This document shows, in pieces, positions 8,009 to 17,730 of a stretch of DNA of 64,000 nt. Under the pieces are notes generated by a model. It was not told the origin of the DNA, made no database searches, and was given only the letters and a program-made list of their open reading frames with translations. The DNA lies in NCBI GenBank assembly GCA_029258795.1, contig JAPDKB010000008.1, positions 64,001-128,000 of the forward strand. The letters are read 5' to 3'. A program made the translations under genes and the position numbers. Numbering within the stretch: position 1 is the first letter of the stretch; each line of letters begins with the position of its first letter. The DNA comes from an archaeon. Its GTDB lineage: Archaea > EX4484-52 > WAPT01.

Positions 8009-9387
8009 AGGACGTGTACCTACTCAACGATGTACTCGAAGATAAATTGGACGGGAACAGAACTCTTCTCACCACGAGGTATGGAAGCTGGGTCATACTT
8101 ACAGAGGATGATGTAAAGGCTCTGAGGTCCGGCAAGGCTGATGAGGAACTTCTTCAGAAGCTGGAAGAGGCGGGGATCATACTCACCGAGAGGAACATCA
8201 GATCAGAACTGGAAAAAATCGTCAGGAGGTTTGGATACCTTTACAATATGCCGTTTCTCAACGTTCAGATCAATCTGACCCTGAGGTGCAATCTTTTATG
8301 CAAGTATTGTCACGCAAACTCTAGTCCAAGCTCAAGGCTGGAGATGGACAGAGATATCCTGCTTGATGTCGTAAGATTCCTTGAGCGCCTGCCGAAAACC
8401 TACATTTCCCTCGAATTTCAGGGTGGAGAACCCTTTCTCAAGTTTGACCTAATGGAGGAGCTCGTCGAGAGGGTGCGGAATGAGGTCAAGGATAAAAAGG
8501 TGGTCGAGACTGTGGTGATTTCCAACGGCACCGTTATCGATAAGGATATAGCAAGGTGGGTTGCTAAAAATAACGTTTCTGTTTCCGTGTCGCTTGACGG
8601 TCCGAAGGAAATGCACGATTCTCAGCGCGTTTATCCAAATGGCAAGGGAACTTACGAAGATGTTTTGCATGCCATCACACTGCTGCGGGATGCCGGGGGT
8701 TTTCCAACTTCCACCGCGACCATCACAAAGAACACCGTTAAGCTCGGAGGTGCGGAAAGGGTGATTGAGGAGTATGTTAAGAGGGGGTTTCCATTCATCT
8801 TTTATAGACCCATCATGGATGCGGGGCGTGGGGAGGATAACGAGGAGCTTGCACTGAGAGCTGAGGAGTTCTTCGAGTTTGTTAAGGGAAGCATTGAGAA
8901 GGTTGTGCAGCTGAAGCGTGAGGGTGTTGTTTTTAGGGATAAGTTTGTCGAAAAATTCCTTCAGAATATTTTTGGAAAGGGTACGCGTTCCTATTCATGT
9001 CTGCGCGATGTGTGTGGGGCAGGAATTACGCAGCTCGTGGTGGCTCCGGATGGTTGGCTGTATCCGTGTGATGTTATGAAGGTCTTGCCGGAATTCCGGG
9101 TCGGAAGGCTCGAGAACCAATACGAGGAAGTTATGATGAATGTGCTCAACAGCATGATGGTTCTGCCGGACATCTCCGCTGAGTGTCCTTCCTGTCCCTA
9201 CATAGCGTTCTGCGGTTTCTGCAAGCGGTGGAACTACGGAATATCCCGCTCACTGCTGCCGTACCACTTCCTGAGCGAGGACTGCAAATTCAAAAAAATG
9301 TTTTTCAAGTACATATTTCAGAATCTGAAATTCTTCCGTAAAAATGTGGACTGCTTTGTGGTTGAGGAGGGAGTGAGGTATGACTAG
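8005..9387 (+). CDS. hxsB: radical SAM/SPASM peptide maturase, HxsB-like
   Basis: N-terminal LLTTRYGSWVIL extension, CNLLCKYC, EFQGGEP, SLDGP, SPASM Cys set CGAG..YPC..CPSC..FC..C..DC. Confidence 0.8.
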   Translation: MKDVYLLNDVLEDKLDGNRTLLTTRYGSWVILTEDDVKALRSGKADEELLQKLEEAGIILTERNIRSELEKIVRRFGYLYNMPFLNVQINLTLRCNLLCKYCHANSSPSSRLEMDRDILLDVVRFLERLPKTYISLEFQGGEPFLKFDLMEELVERVRNEVKDKKVVETVVISNGTVIDKDIARWVAKNNVSVSVSLDGPKEMHDSQRVYPNGKGTYEDVLHAITLLRDAGGFPTSTATITKNTVKLGGAERVIEEYVKRGFPFIFYRPIMDAGRGEDNEELALRAEEFFEFVKGSIEKVVQLKREGVVFRDKFVEKFLQNIFGKGTRSYSCLRDVCGAGITQLVVAPDGWLYPCDVMKVLPEFRVGRLENQYEEVMMNVLNSMMVLPDISAECPSCPYIAFCGFCKRWNYGISRSLLPYHFLSEDCKFKKMFFKYIFQNLKFFRKNVDCFVVEEGVRYD

Positions 9388-10174
9388 CTGCTTTCGCTAT
9401 TTTTATCTGGTTTCCGCCCTCATCATGATTATCCTTGCGTTTCACATAACCAAAAGTTTTGTTCTCACATCCGCTCTTGTGTTCGCTTCCTTTTTTGGAG
9501 CAACCCTTCTTGCCATCGGGAAGGAATATGGATGGAGTGTTGTCTTTTCTGCATTTCACACAGCTATGAAAACACTCTCTCTTCTTATGCTTTCATTCAG
9601 TTTGCTGTTTTCCCTCTGCAAACAGGCGGTGGATATTAATTCCTTTTTATTGTTCATCCTGCTACTTTTCTCTTCGGTGAGTGCAGGAGCGATTGTGAAG
9701 CGTGCAGAAAATGTGTTGAGGTTCTGGCATGCGCTGCTACTTCTTGGATTTGCGCTTTCCGTTTACTTCCACTTTTACTTCATTTTTCTCAAAATTTCGG
9801 CCTTGCTCTTCATGATTTACGCAACCCCTTCCCTTACAACCCTACAGGTTGAGGTCTCTGAAAAGATTGTGGGAGAGTTCCCCGCAGAGATTGTGAAGGT
9901 CAGCAAGAAAGGTGTGAAAAAGGAAAGAATTTCTGTTTCTAAGATCAGGCTGGCACGCGCGGCCTTTTGCATCAGTAAGGGAGAGGTTATTGCCCAGCCC
10001 TTCAGAAGGCTGGATGATGCAGCGGTGAAGCTGTTGAAGAAAGCAGGGGTTAAGGAAATAAGGATTCAGAGGAAGGTGCTCCCGCAAAATATCTTTTTTC
10101 TTTCGATTCTCCTGTTCTTCCTTCTTATCCTTCTGGTAGCTCTACTGAATACGTTCCGAATGACTGTGGTGTGA
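9380..10174 (+). CDS. multi-pass membrane protein with prepilin-peptidase-like C-terminal domain, catalytic Asp motifs not seen
   Basis: about 6 TM segments; C-terminal part aligns by eye to the C-terminus of the A24 peptidase at 32660-33598. Confidence 0.6.
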   Translation: MTSCFRYFYLVSALIMIILAFHITKSFVLTSALVFASFFGATLLAIGKEYGWSVVFSAFHTAMKTLSLLMLSFSLLFSLCKQAVDINSFLLFILLLFSSVSAGAIVKRAENVLRFWHALLLLGFALSVYFHFYFIFLKISALLFMIYATPSLTTLQVEVSEKIVGEFPAEIVKVSKKGVKKERISVSKIRLARAAFCISKGEVIAQPFRRLDDAAVKLLKKAGVKEIRIQRKVLPQNIFFLSILLFFLLILLVALLNTFRMTVV

Positions 10175-12353
10175 TGGCTGTATTGGAAATTATATCGTCA
10201 GGCACACACGTCTCTGTTCCTCCGTTGCATTTGTTGTCATCAACATTCACGTTCACGATGAATCGCAGAACTACTGGAGTCCACTTATTCTGCGAGACAT
10301 CGAAGAGCTTGTATTTGGAATCGATAATTTCAACCAGTATTTTCAGATCCTTGAAGATGTAACGGTGGTAGTATTTCATAGTGCATTTGTGCCAATAATT
10401 CCATGCGATTTTGCACTTCCACTTTGGACAGCAATATTTATAACAATCCACATGAGGGGGTGGTTTCTGGATTAGCACCTGCCTTTCCACATGAATCAGG
10501 TTCTTATCTGTCCCTTCAATCTCCAGACCGCATCCAGAAGTGATGGTTTCGGTTACGGTTTTTTTTGCAAGCGTGTCTTTGTTTTCCACGAGTTCATTGA
10601 TTAACTCGTCTATTCGTGAAATGTAAGAATTATAGCTGCTATTTACGGTTAAGCAGAAGTCATCTATACTAGTTGTGTGTATACTTGAACATGCTGATTG
10701 AATGGAGTTGCACAAATCGTAAATATAGGGGGAATTGCAATATTCTTCAAGTTTTGGTGTGGTATCGTGAAACACAGAGCTAGGCAAATGGCCTGAACAA
10801 ATTACATTTACTCCCTCTTTTAGCGAATTACACCTAGAAATAAGATCTGAGCAATCTTCGTCCGTGACTGTTCCGGCTGCGCATATCGTGTCTATTTCTC
10901 TTCCCAGATCTTCCCTATCCGGGTTATAACCCATGAAATCGTTTATTGCGTTAAGTGTGTCATCATCCGTTCTATCAAGGGTGATGCTTCCCGCTTTACT
11001 CGGTGTTGCACTGTCACAGCACGGCTTCTTGTTGTCGTTCACACTCTCCCAAACATGCTTATCATCAAGATAGATGAGCTTCCATCCTATTCCTTCTGCA
11101 GAGCTCGCATTGAGATCGGCTTCAAGCTCGCTGAGAGCGCTTGTTATGACATTTTCAAAATCTGCTTCACCATATGTTGGTGTCTTATCCTCAGGACAAT
11201 CGTTACAAGTTAAAGGTCTGCAAACTTCCTCGCTTTCCTCTGTATAGTAATCCTGTAGCTTTTCATTGGACTTTTCAAATATCTTCCTTATCAACCATTC
11301 CTCAATGTTATCCACAAAGGTGTTGCCATAGTTCACCATCAATCCAAGCCTGGTGGAAACGTTCGTTTCGGTAAACATGTTGGAATGCAGCATGACCGTG
11401 ACCTTACCCTCTCTAGAAACTCTCGTTACGTTCATCCCTTCACTCATCCACACACTTCCGTGGATAGTATTTGTTGATGGGTCAAAAGTCACGTTGGGTT
11501 TTGATCCTTTGAAAGTCATACCATACATGTTGGTGGGTGTCCCTCTATAGTACTGTTCAAGATACCTTTCCATTATTTCCTGAATCATATCTCTACCACA
11601 ACCTACAGCGGAAAACTTGTTGGAGTCCTTATGCTTGTATATGGTCGCCACGATTCCGCGAAGCTTAACAGTATTGTTTCTGGATGCTTTGATTTCTATT
11701 CGATTTCCTTCTATAGAATCCCCTTTCAGGAAGTAAACACCCGTGTGATTTGCATTCATTAGTATTGTGCCTCCTGATTTTATAGTCACTGTCGCGTTTT
11801 TGAGGAAGTAGAGAGTTAGCATAACCTCTCCGACTCTGAACCCGGGATCCACGCTGAACTCTATAGTGGTGGGCACTCTTCCAATCCACCCATTGAAATC
11901 CTTGAAATATGAGATGGGTTTGTAAACCTGCATCCCTGTTCCCTCCGCTTGAACCCAGTAGAGCACATACTCTCCATCAACATCTTCTATCCTCATACAA
12001 CCCCTATCCACACCCTCAAAATTCACTCTCATGTTCAGAACGTACTTTCGATTGCCGCTTTCATAAGTTATACCGTTTTCAGCTATGAGCTTGGACGTTA
12101 TCATTCCATGCGATGCGTAGTCAAGAACTGTTTTCATCATCGCAAATATTAGCGCTGGCTGTTCCTGACTTTCCTTTATCATCGATATCTCGAATTTCCC
12201 TTTCTCTATGAAATTTCTCAGCACTTCACCCTCTATTATTTGCATCGCCTCAAAAGTTCTGGTTAGCATAACCCAAGAGGCAAAAGCTACCCACACCATC
12301 AGGAGTAACGCTACTGCCAAAACCGATGCAAATCCCTTATCCCTATCTTTCAT
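10125..12353 (-). CDS. large Cys-rich class III signal peptide surface protein (adhesin/minor pilin-like)
   Basis: MKDRDKG|FASVLAVALLL; 742 aa; many Cys in C-terminal half. Confidence 0.7.
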   Translation of the reverse strand: MKDRDKGFASVLAVALLLMVWVAFASWVMLTRTFEAMQIIEGEVLRNFIEKGKFEISMIKESQEQPALIFAMMKTVLDYASHGMITSKLIAENGITYESGNRKYVLNMRVNFEGVDRGCMRIEDVDGEYVLYWVQAEGTGMQVYKPISYFKDFNGWIGRVPTTIEFSVDPGFRVGEVMLTLYFLKNATVTIKSGGTILMNANHTGVYFLKGDSIEGNRIEIKASRNNTVKLRGIVATIYKHKDSNKFSAVGCGRDMIQEIMERYLEQYYRGTPTNMYGMTFKGSKPNVTFDPSTNTIHGSVWMSEGMNVTRVSREGKVTVMLHSNMFTETNVSTRLGLMVNYGNTFVDNIEEWLIRKIFEKSNEKLQDYYTEESEEVCRPLTCNDCPEDKTPTYGEADFENVITSALSELEADLNASSAEGIGWKLIYLDDKHVWESVNDNKKPCCDSATPSKAGSITLDRTDDDTLNAINDFMGYNPDREDLGREIDTICAAGTVTDEDCSDLISRCNSLKEGVNVICSGHLPSSVFHDTTPKLEEYCNSPYIYDLCNSIQSACSSIHTTSIDDFCLTVNSSYNSYISRIDELINELVENKDTLAKKTVTETITSGCGLEIEGTDKNLIHVERQVLIQKPPPHVDCYKYCCPKWKCKIAWNYWHKCTMKYYHRYIFKDLKILVEIIDSKYKLFDVSQNKWTPVVLRFIVNVNVDDNKCNGGTETCVPDDIISNTAITPQSFGTYSVELPEG

Positions 12354-13042
12354 TTGAACACCTCTGCTGTTGCAATCCCTTCAGGTAACTCTTTGTTATT
12401 GGCATTAACAAATAAGAGTGTGTAATTTACTGCGGGATAATATTCTTCAGATGGTGTAGGGATAAACACTTCCTCCTTGAAAAGATACTTACCCCCAACA
12501 CACTTACCAACATCGTAAGGGTAACGGAGATGGTGCTGCCATGTAGGTGTATTCACAAACTTGTTATAAAAAACTCTCTGGGGAAAGTGTCTCTCCCCAC
12601 TGCCAACTATAGAGGGTAGAGAGGGTGGGGGTGTGCATTCATCCGGCCCTTGCGGAGATGGGAGCATTAGCTTTACTGTGTTGTTCAGATTGACTTTACC
12701 CTTAACACCACCATAATCAATATACACTTCACTCCATCCAGGAATGAAATGATTAACTTGAGATAAATCGTGCTGCGCTCCGTAAGTGTAAATGCCCAGC
12801 AGTTCATCAATCTGGAGTGTGCTGCGCTCACCCGAGTCAAGTGTTGGTTTTACATTGAAGTATGTTAAATAGGTGGATGCGTTTCTCTCCGTAGCGTAAT
12901 ACTGAATTACAGCCCCGATTGACTTGAAATTCTTCAGCCACGGCATGAAAATGGAGATGACTAGTGTTAATGTTATCAGGAGCACGAATACAGGTAGCTC
13001 CAATCCAAGCGCCTTATTTCTGTATTTTTTAAACATCGTCAC
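12350..13042 (-). CDS. class III signal peptide protein
   Basis: YRNKA|LGLELPVFVLL + TM helix. Confidence 0.65.
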   Translation of the reverse strand: MTMFKKYRNKALGLELPVFVLLITLTLVISIFMPWLKNFKSIGAVIQYYATERNASTYLTYFNVKPTLDSGERSTLQIDELLGIYTYGAQHDLSQVNHFIPGWSEVYIDYGGVKGKVNLNNTVKLMLPSPQGPDECTPPPSLPSIVGSGERHFPQRVFYNKFVNTPTWQHHLRYPYDVGKCVGGKYLFKEEVFIPTPSEEYYPAVNYTLLFVNANNKELPEGIATAEVFK

Positions 13043-13518
13043 CGCCCTTCAAGAGTTACGTTCAGGTATGTGAATTCCACGATTACTGGATATCCGTCAT
13101 CTGTGGATAGATGATACTTCATGGTAGCGTTTAGTTTTTTCCCTGCCACGTTTTTGAAGGTTTTTCTGGAAAGTACATTATTAAAGTCTGGAGTGTAGAT
13201 TGTTATGTTGAGAATGTATTCAATATCATCTCCAAGACAGGGTAGTGGTGCGCCATCGGGTGTGCTTTCTATAAACGTTCGGTTTAAAATGAACCACCTT
13301 CTATTGTTTAGAGAGTCGTTCGCAAGCAGGCAGCTATCGGTGATTATCTTGTTGGCGTAAGCTTCCATTAATCTGGCTCTGGCTAGCTCATCTATCGTTT
13401 TTGCGTTCATACCGGATTCAGCTTTATATACTAAGAGAGCTGCTGATGCGATTATGATGAGCACCATGGCACTAAATACCTGGGTGTATGGGAGCCCTCC
13501 TTTCATTGCTTTCAACAT
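13039..13518 (-). CDS. class III signal peptide protein
   Basis: AMKG|GLPYTQVFSAMVLIII. Confidence 0.6.
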   Translation of the reverse strand: MLKAMKGGLPYTQVFSAMVLIIIASAALLVYKAESGMNAKTIDELARARLMEAYANKIITDSCLLANDSLNNRRWFILNRTFIESTPDGAPLPCLGDDIEYILNITIYTPDFNNVLSRKTFKNVAGKKLNATMKYHLSTDDGYPVIVEFTYLNVTLEGR

Positions 13519-13997
13519 ATATTCTCACCTATATTACAGCAGGATTTATTCGATGCATCGCAGATCATTATATATGGAGTGCAGTTCAAAATCTTCTTGA
13601 CCACGCACAACTCTTCAGCATTGGTTACTGCGGAGCTAACCACATTGGATATGTTGTGACGAATATGATAGGTTATGTTCCTTGAAGGGGTGTGAAGCAC
13701 AACCACCAACTTGGAATCTGTCAAATTGACTGTAAATTTTGGGGTTATTGATGTGTATATACTGTATCCTTGTTCCGAAGAGGAAATTTCCAAGAGGAGT
13801 GCGTAGATGGTGGAAGCTGTGTTTTTGGCTATGATTCTCGAATCCATAAGTATTTCTCTGTAAGAATTCAAGTAATATGATGCGACCAAGAACGCAATAA
13901 TTACCATTATGCCCGTAACTACTAACATGGTCTGCGTCTCGTCCTCCATTGATAGAAATTTGTGTTTCAACCCATATAAAGCTTGAGAAGTAGGCAT
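13512..13997 (-). CDS. membrane-anchored minor pilin-like protein
   Basis: single N-terminal TM helix, C-terminal Cys cluster, overlapping gene run. Confidence 0.55.
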   Translation of the reverse strand: MPTSQALYGLKHKFLSMEDETQTMLVVTGIMVIIAFLVASYYLNSYREILMDSRIIAKNTASTIYALLLEISSSEQGYSIYTSITPKFTVNLTDSKLVVVLHTPSRNITYHIRHNISNVVSSAVTNAEELCVVKKILNCTPYIMICDASNKSCCNIGENIC

Positions 13998-14042
13998 AGG
14001 GTAGGAAACGGTTACTGGTGCTTCTGGATTGAAAAATTCGAA

Positions 14043-14168
14043 TGGTGCCCCCGCCGGGATTTTCAGCTGCGGGACAGCCCTAAGGTTTCAAGCTTTGCTT
14101 CCGCAGCATTTGAACCCGGGTCATCGGCTCGAAAGGCCGATATCCTTGCCTGGCTAGACTACGGGGGC
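14043..14168 (-). tRNA. tRNA-Glu(TTC) with ~49-nt T-loop intron (~14061-14109)
   Basis: GCCCCCG/CGGGGGC acceptor stem, encoded CCA, anticodon loop CT-TTC-GA, TTCAA[intron]AT. Confidence 0.93.
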
Positions 14169-14273
14169 AACGAAAGATACATTTCTCGTGAGATTTATTA
14201 ATTTTTTCCTACTGCCAGTTCGGGCTTGTAAAATAATAAAAATAAAAAGGAGGCAGCAGTGCATGCCCATTTT

Positions 14274-14561
14274 TCACTCCTTCGCCAGAACTATGGTAAT
14301 GGAAGAGACATTCACTTCCTGTCCGTTCTCTGATTTCAATGTGTCGGTTGCGATGCTGATGTCCTTCACTTTGACATCGGGGATGAACCTGTTCCTCACT
14401 ATCTCCGCTACATCCACTGCCCTGCTTATCGCTTTACCTCTCGCCTTTATCACCACTTCCTTGTTTCCTTTCTCGTTGAACTGAGTTACCACAGCTAGCA
14501 CATAGCTCATGGCTGGCTTGTTACCCACAAGCACTGCATTGTCTTCCTGCGCCATCTTCAT
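14274..14561 (-). CDS. albA: DNA/RNA-binding protein Alba
   Basis: [37 protein letters not shown]. Confidence 0.95.
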   Translation of the reverse strand: MKMAQEDNAVLVGNKPAMSYVLAVVTQFNEKGNKEVVIKARGKAISRAVDVAEIVRNRFIPDVKVKDISIATDTLKSENGQEVNVSSITIVLAKE

Positions 14562-14634
14562 GCACCTCCTTCAAGCTGTTGTTACTTAACTACCTCAACA
14601 TTTGCGCGAGAAAATATTTAAAAATAAGTCAAAA

Positions 14635-15228
14635 TCACAGCATGTCCTTAAGCTCGCTCCATTCAAGCTTTTCTTCCAGCCTTTTTCCATTTGTGTTGAT
14701 GATGTACAGCTCCGGCTTCCTGCTGCTGAAATCATAATACAACCCTATAAGCTTTTTGAGCATACCTCTGTCCATCGTGTTCTTCACAACCTCATCCTTC
14801 ATCATCAGTTTTATCTGTCTGTGAACGTTCTCCTTTGCGAGCTCATCAACATCATTTGTGGGTAGCGTGCCTCCAAAAACCTCGTTCTTTATTGTGTTTA
14901 TCGCATCCTGTATGTAAGGATTCTCATCCCCTCCCTTAATCACGGCTTTCATCATCCCGCAGTTGTTGTGTCCGCAAACCAGTACAACCTCAATCCTCAG
15001 ATGCTCCACACCATAATAAAAGGTTTCTTTGTTGAAAAAGTAACAATTTCCCGCGTTGCTGATTGTAAATACCTCTCCCGGCTGAAACGTGAAGCCAGTT
15101 AACATCTCGCCTTTTGGCACGCGGGAATCTGCACAGCATATCACCATGTACTTTGGTTTCTGTCCTTTTAACAGGTCCTCACCGTAAGATGGTATATTAC
15201 TTTCTTCCATCAGAATCACCTCCACCAT
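14635..15228 (-). CDS. beta-class carbonic anhydrase
   Basis: CADSRV, NAGN, GHNNCG zinc-ligand motifs. Confidence 0.9.
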   Translation of the reverse strand: MVEVILMEESNIPSYGEDLLKGQKPKYMVICCADSRVPKGEMLTGFTFQPGEVFTISNAGNCYFFNKETFYYGVEHLRIEVVLVCGHNNCGMMKAVIKGGDENPYIQDAINTIKNEVFGGTLPTNDVDELAKENVHRQIKLMMKDEVVKNTMDRGMLKKLIGLYYDFSSRKPELYIINTNGKRLEEKLEWSELKDML

Positions 15229-15311
15229 TATTAACAGGAAGTAGATAACTTCAGAAACACATAAAAATATTTTGAAAGAGCAGAATGTATATCACATTGT
15301 TTTTGTCATGT

Positions 15312-15436
15312 GGGCCCGTAGCTCAGCCTGGACATTTTGGAAAGCTGGGCTTCATGTGTTTCCGGCTTTCCAATCCAGAAAGAGCGGCAGCCTCCTAAGC
15401 TGTAGGTCGCGGGTTCAAATCCCGCCGGGCCCGCCA
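15312..15436 (+). tRNA. tRNA-Arg(CCT) with ~47-nt D-loop intron (~15334-15380)
   Basis: GGGCCCG/CGGGCCC, anticodon arm GCAGC-CTCCTAA-GCTGT, T-arm, CCA; hairpin insertion in D-loop. Confidence 0.92.
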
Positions 15437-15438
15437 CT

Positions 15439-15726
15439 TCATAATTCTTTCTTTTTCGAGTAACTGGCAATGTATCGATACAGCGCTCTCTTCTGCTCCA
15501 TGGATATGTGGAGAGTTTCTTCAATCGCTTCAATGATTCTGTCATCTTTCTGAAGCTCTTCGTATTTCAAATATCTCTTTTCATTTCCTTTTCGGAGGTA
15601 CACCCCACTACCATCCACACATAAAGGGATGTGCGCTTCCAGGAATCCAAGACATAAAGCGATGTTATTGTTTCTCTCTTTCAATCTATCCTGCAAATAT
15701 GAAATGAACCCAAGGACTTCATTCAT
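15439..15726 (-). CDS. hypothetical protein
   Basis: 95-aa ORF with plausible composition. Confidence 0.5.
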   Translation of the reverse strand: MNEVLGFISYLQDRLKERNNNIALCLGFLEAHIPLCVDGSGVYLRKGNEKRYLKYEELQKDDRIIEAIEETLHISMEQKRALYRYIASYSKKKEL

Positions 15727-15783
15727 AATGGAAGAATCCGAGTTGAGAGTTAAATTTTTAAAGTTCCCAATATATCTTAGTTA

Positions 15784-15810
15784 TTGCAAGATGTATGAAA
15801 TATCTTGCAA
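15784..15810. promoter_or_regulatory. palindromic putative operator upstream of thioredoxin
   Basis: TTGCAAGAT-N9-ATCTTGCAA perfect 9-bp arms. Confidence 0.4.
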
Positions 15811-15829
15811 AAACTTGGAGTGATATAAA

Positions 15830-16234
15830 ATGGTTGACGAGGTTGAGAGGATCAAGATGGATAAATTGAAGAGACTGATGGGGAAGATGCAGCAAAATGA
15901 AGGCGATGTTGGTATGGTGATGGATGTTGATGAGAGGGGTTTCGATGAAGCCGTGCTTAAAAGTAGTGTGCCAGTGGTGGTGGATTTTTGGGCGGAGTGG
16001 TGCATGCCGTGCGGGATGCTCGCGCCAATATTTAAGGAACTTGCAAAAGAATATGCAGGAAAGCTCAAGTTCGTGAAGGTGAATGTGGATGACAACCCTG
16101 TGTTGGCAGCCAGATATGGAGTGCAGGGAATACCCACACTGGTCATCTTCAGAAATGGTAAAGAAGTTGAAAGGGTTGTTGGGGCTTATCCAAAAGCCGT
16201 GCTCAATGAGATTCTGGATAGAGTGTTGGGATGA
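15830..16234 (+). CDS. trxA: thioredoxin
   Basis: [19 protein letters not shown]. Confidence 0.93.
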   Translation: MVDEVERIKMDKLKRLMGKMQQNEGDVGMVMDVDERGFDEAVLKSSVPVVVDFWAEWCMPCGMLAPIFKELAKEYAGKLKFVKVNVDDNPVLAARYGVQGIPTLVIFRNGKEVERVVGAYPKAVLNEILDRVLG

Positions 16235-16240
16235 TGGAGC

Positions 16241-16684
16241 ATGAGCAGCGGTAAAAAAGGCAGAGTGCTTAGCGATGACAAATTTGAAAGCGTGCTCTCC
16301 AAAGCGAAGAGGGTGGTGGTGATCGGTCTTTCCAGAAATGAATACAAGGCATCAAATATCATAGCTAGGCAACTGGCAGAAAAGTACGAGGTAGTGGGAG
16401 TTAATCCTGCAGGAGATGTTGAGGGCTTTAAAACCTATTCTGATATTGAGGAGATGGCAGGAGAGGTTGGCGAAGCGGACATAGTTGTTGTGTTCCGCCC
16501 TTCCGAAGAGGTTGGAGAGATAGCAGAAAAGCTCCTCAAATCCGGGTTGAAGTTTCAGGTGCTATGGATGCAGGAAGGAATTGAGAACGAGGGGGCTGCG
16601 AAGCTTTTGATTGAGCAAGGAATTGATGTTGTCATGAACAGATGTATGGGGAAAGCGCTTCACATGCTGGAGAAAAATTTTTAA
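16241..16684 (+). CDS. CoA-binding protein (YccU-like)
   Basis: VIGLS, VNP, DIVVVFRP, WMQEG, NRC. Confidence 0.85.
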   Translation: MSSGKKGRVLSDDKFESVLSKAKRVVVIGLSRNEYKASNIIARQLAEKYEVVGVNPAGDVEGFKTYSDIEEMAGEVGEADIVVVFRPSEEVGEIAEKLLKSGLKFQVLWMQEGIENEGAAKLLIEQGIDVVMNRCMGKALHMLEKNF

Positions 16685-16721
16685 ACGAGATGTATATAAC
16701 TCAATATATTAGTGTTGCAAT

Positions 16722-17315
16722 ATGATGCCCGTCTACAGGGATAGTGGCGGGGCGCACTATTTAGTTCAGCTGCGTTTGCCACCCCAGGAGCTCGATCTCA
16801 GCCCCCTGAATGACTATACAAGGGATGCTATTCTTGTCAATGATGTTGCTTATATGGTGGCTAAAAAGAAGGAGGAGTATCAGACAGGCGGCCATTCGGA
16901 GAATGAACATTCACTAGTGTTCTATCCTTCGAGCATTTACGTCAGCGGGAAGGATCCAAAAGATGTGTCAATTTTTGATGAGATTGCTGTTGTGAGGTAT
17001 TTTACTCTTCCAGGCAACTACTCGAATATAAGTGGAGGAACCGATGTGACTAAATGGTTCTGGAGAACCTTTATTGCTTTCTATGGCGATAAAAATCTGG
17101 AATATGCAAAAATAACTTGTGGAGGTATACCTGCTCTCCCGAATTATAGAGTTATCAAAAAATTGAAAGATATAGATATCAACCTTAAAAACCTCGAAAA
17201 GGAAGGAAAGTGTGTGTGGCTTGAGGGAACATTACGTATGGTTGAAATGAAAGAGCCTGACGAATTTCTGGAAGACGGATTTTATTCCTTTCCTCATTCC
17301 CACAAATACATATAA
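16722..17315 (+). CDS. hypothetical protein
   Basis: 197-aa ORF, no recognised motif. Confidence 0.6.
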   Translation: MMPVYRDSGGAHYLVQLRLPPQELDLSPLNDYTRDAILVNDVAYMVAKKKEEYQTGGHSENEHSLVFYPSSIYVSGKDPKDVSIFDEIAVVRYFTLPGNYSNISGGTDVTKWFWRTFIAFYGDKNLEYAKITCGGIPALPNYRVIKKLKDIDINLKNLEKEGKCVWLEGTLRMVEMKEPDEFLEDGFYSFPHSHKYI

Positions 17316-17375
17316 AAACCAAAAACAACAAACAGATCTTGCCGTTCAGAATTTCATGAATTATGAATGTTGATT

Positions 17376-17618
17376 TCATTCCATCAATGTGTCCAGCGCT
17401 TTCTTCACCTCTTCAACAACACCTTTATCGTAAGGCAGGGCTATGCTTCTCTTGAAGCGCTTCTCGTTCTCCCTCGTGATGAAACCTCTAGAAAGAGAGA
17501 TGAATTCGTTCTCTCCCTCGCTCGTTATGGCTTTCTTGTGCGCAACTTCCAGAAAGTTGTTTCCACCAAGCTGCACATCCATACTCTTTATGGTTTCAAA
17601 CTTCACCACGTTCTTCAC
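17376..17618 (-). CDS. small hypothetical protein, possible PC4/PUR-like nucleic-acid-binding fold
   Basis: four predicted beta strands + C-terminal helix; FISLSRGF...RSIALP. Confidence 0.5.
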   Translation of the reverse strand: MKNVVKFETIKSMDVQLGGNNFLEVAHKKAITSEGENEFISLSRGFITRENEKRFKRSIALPYDKGVVEEVKKALDTLME

Positions 17619-17730
17619 CCCTTTGCAAGTTTGTCCATCCTTAACCTTTCTCTGGAAGATTTATATAGCTATGCAGACATGCGTGCCGATAGAGAAGAAA
17701 AATTTTGGTTTTGCTCCATCCGATTGAGCT

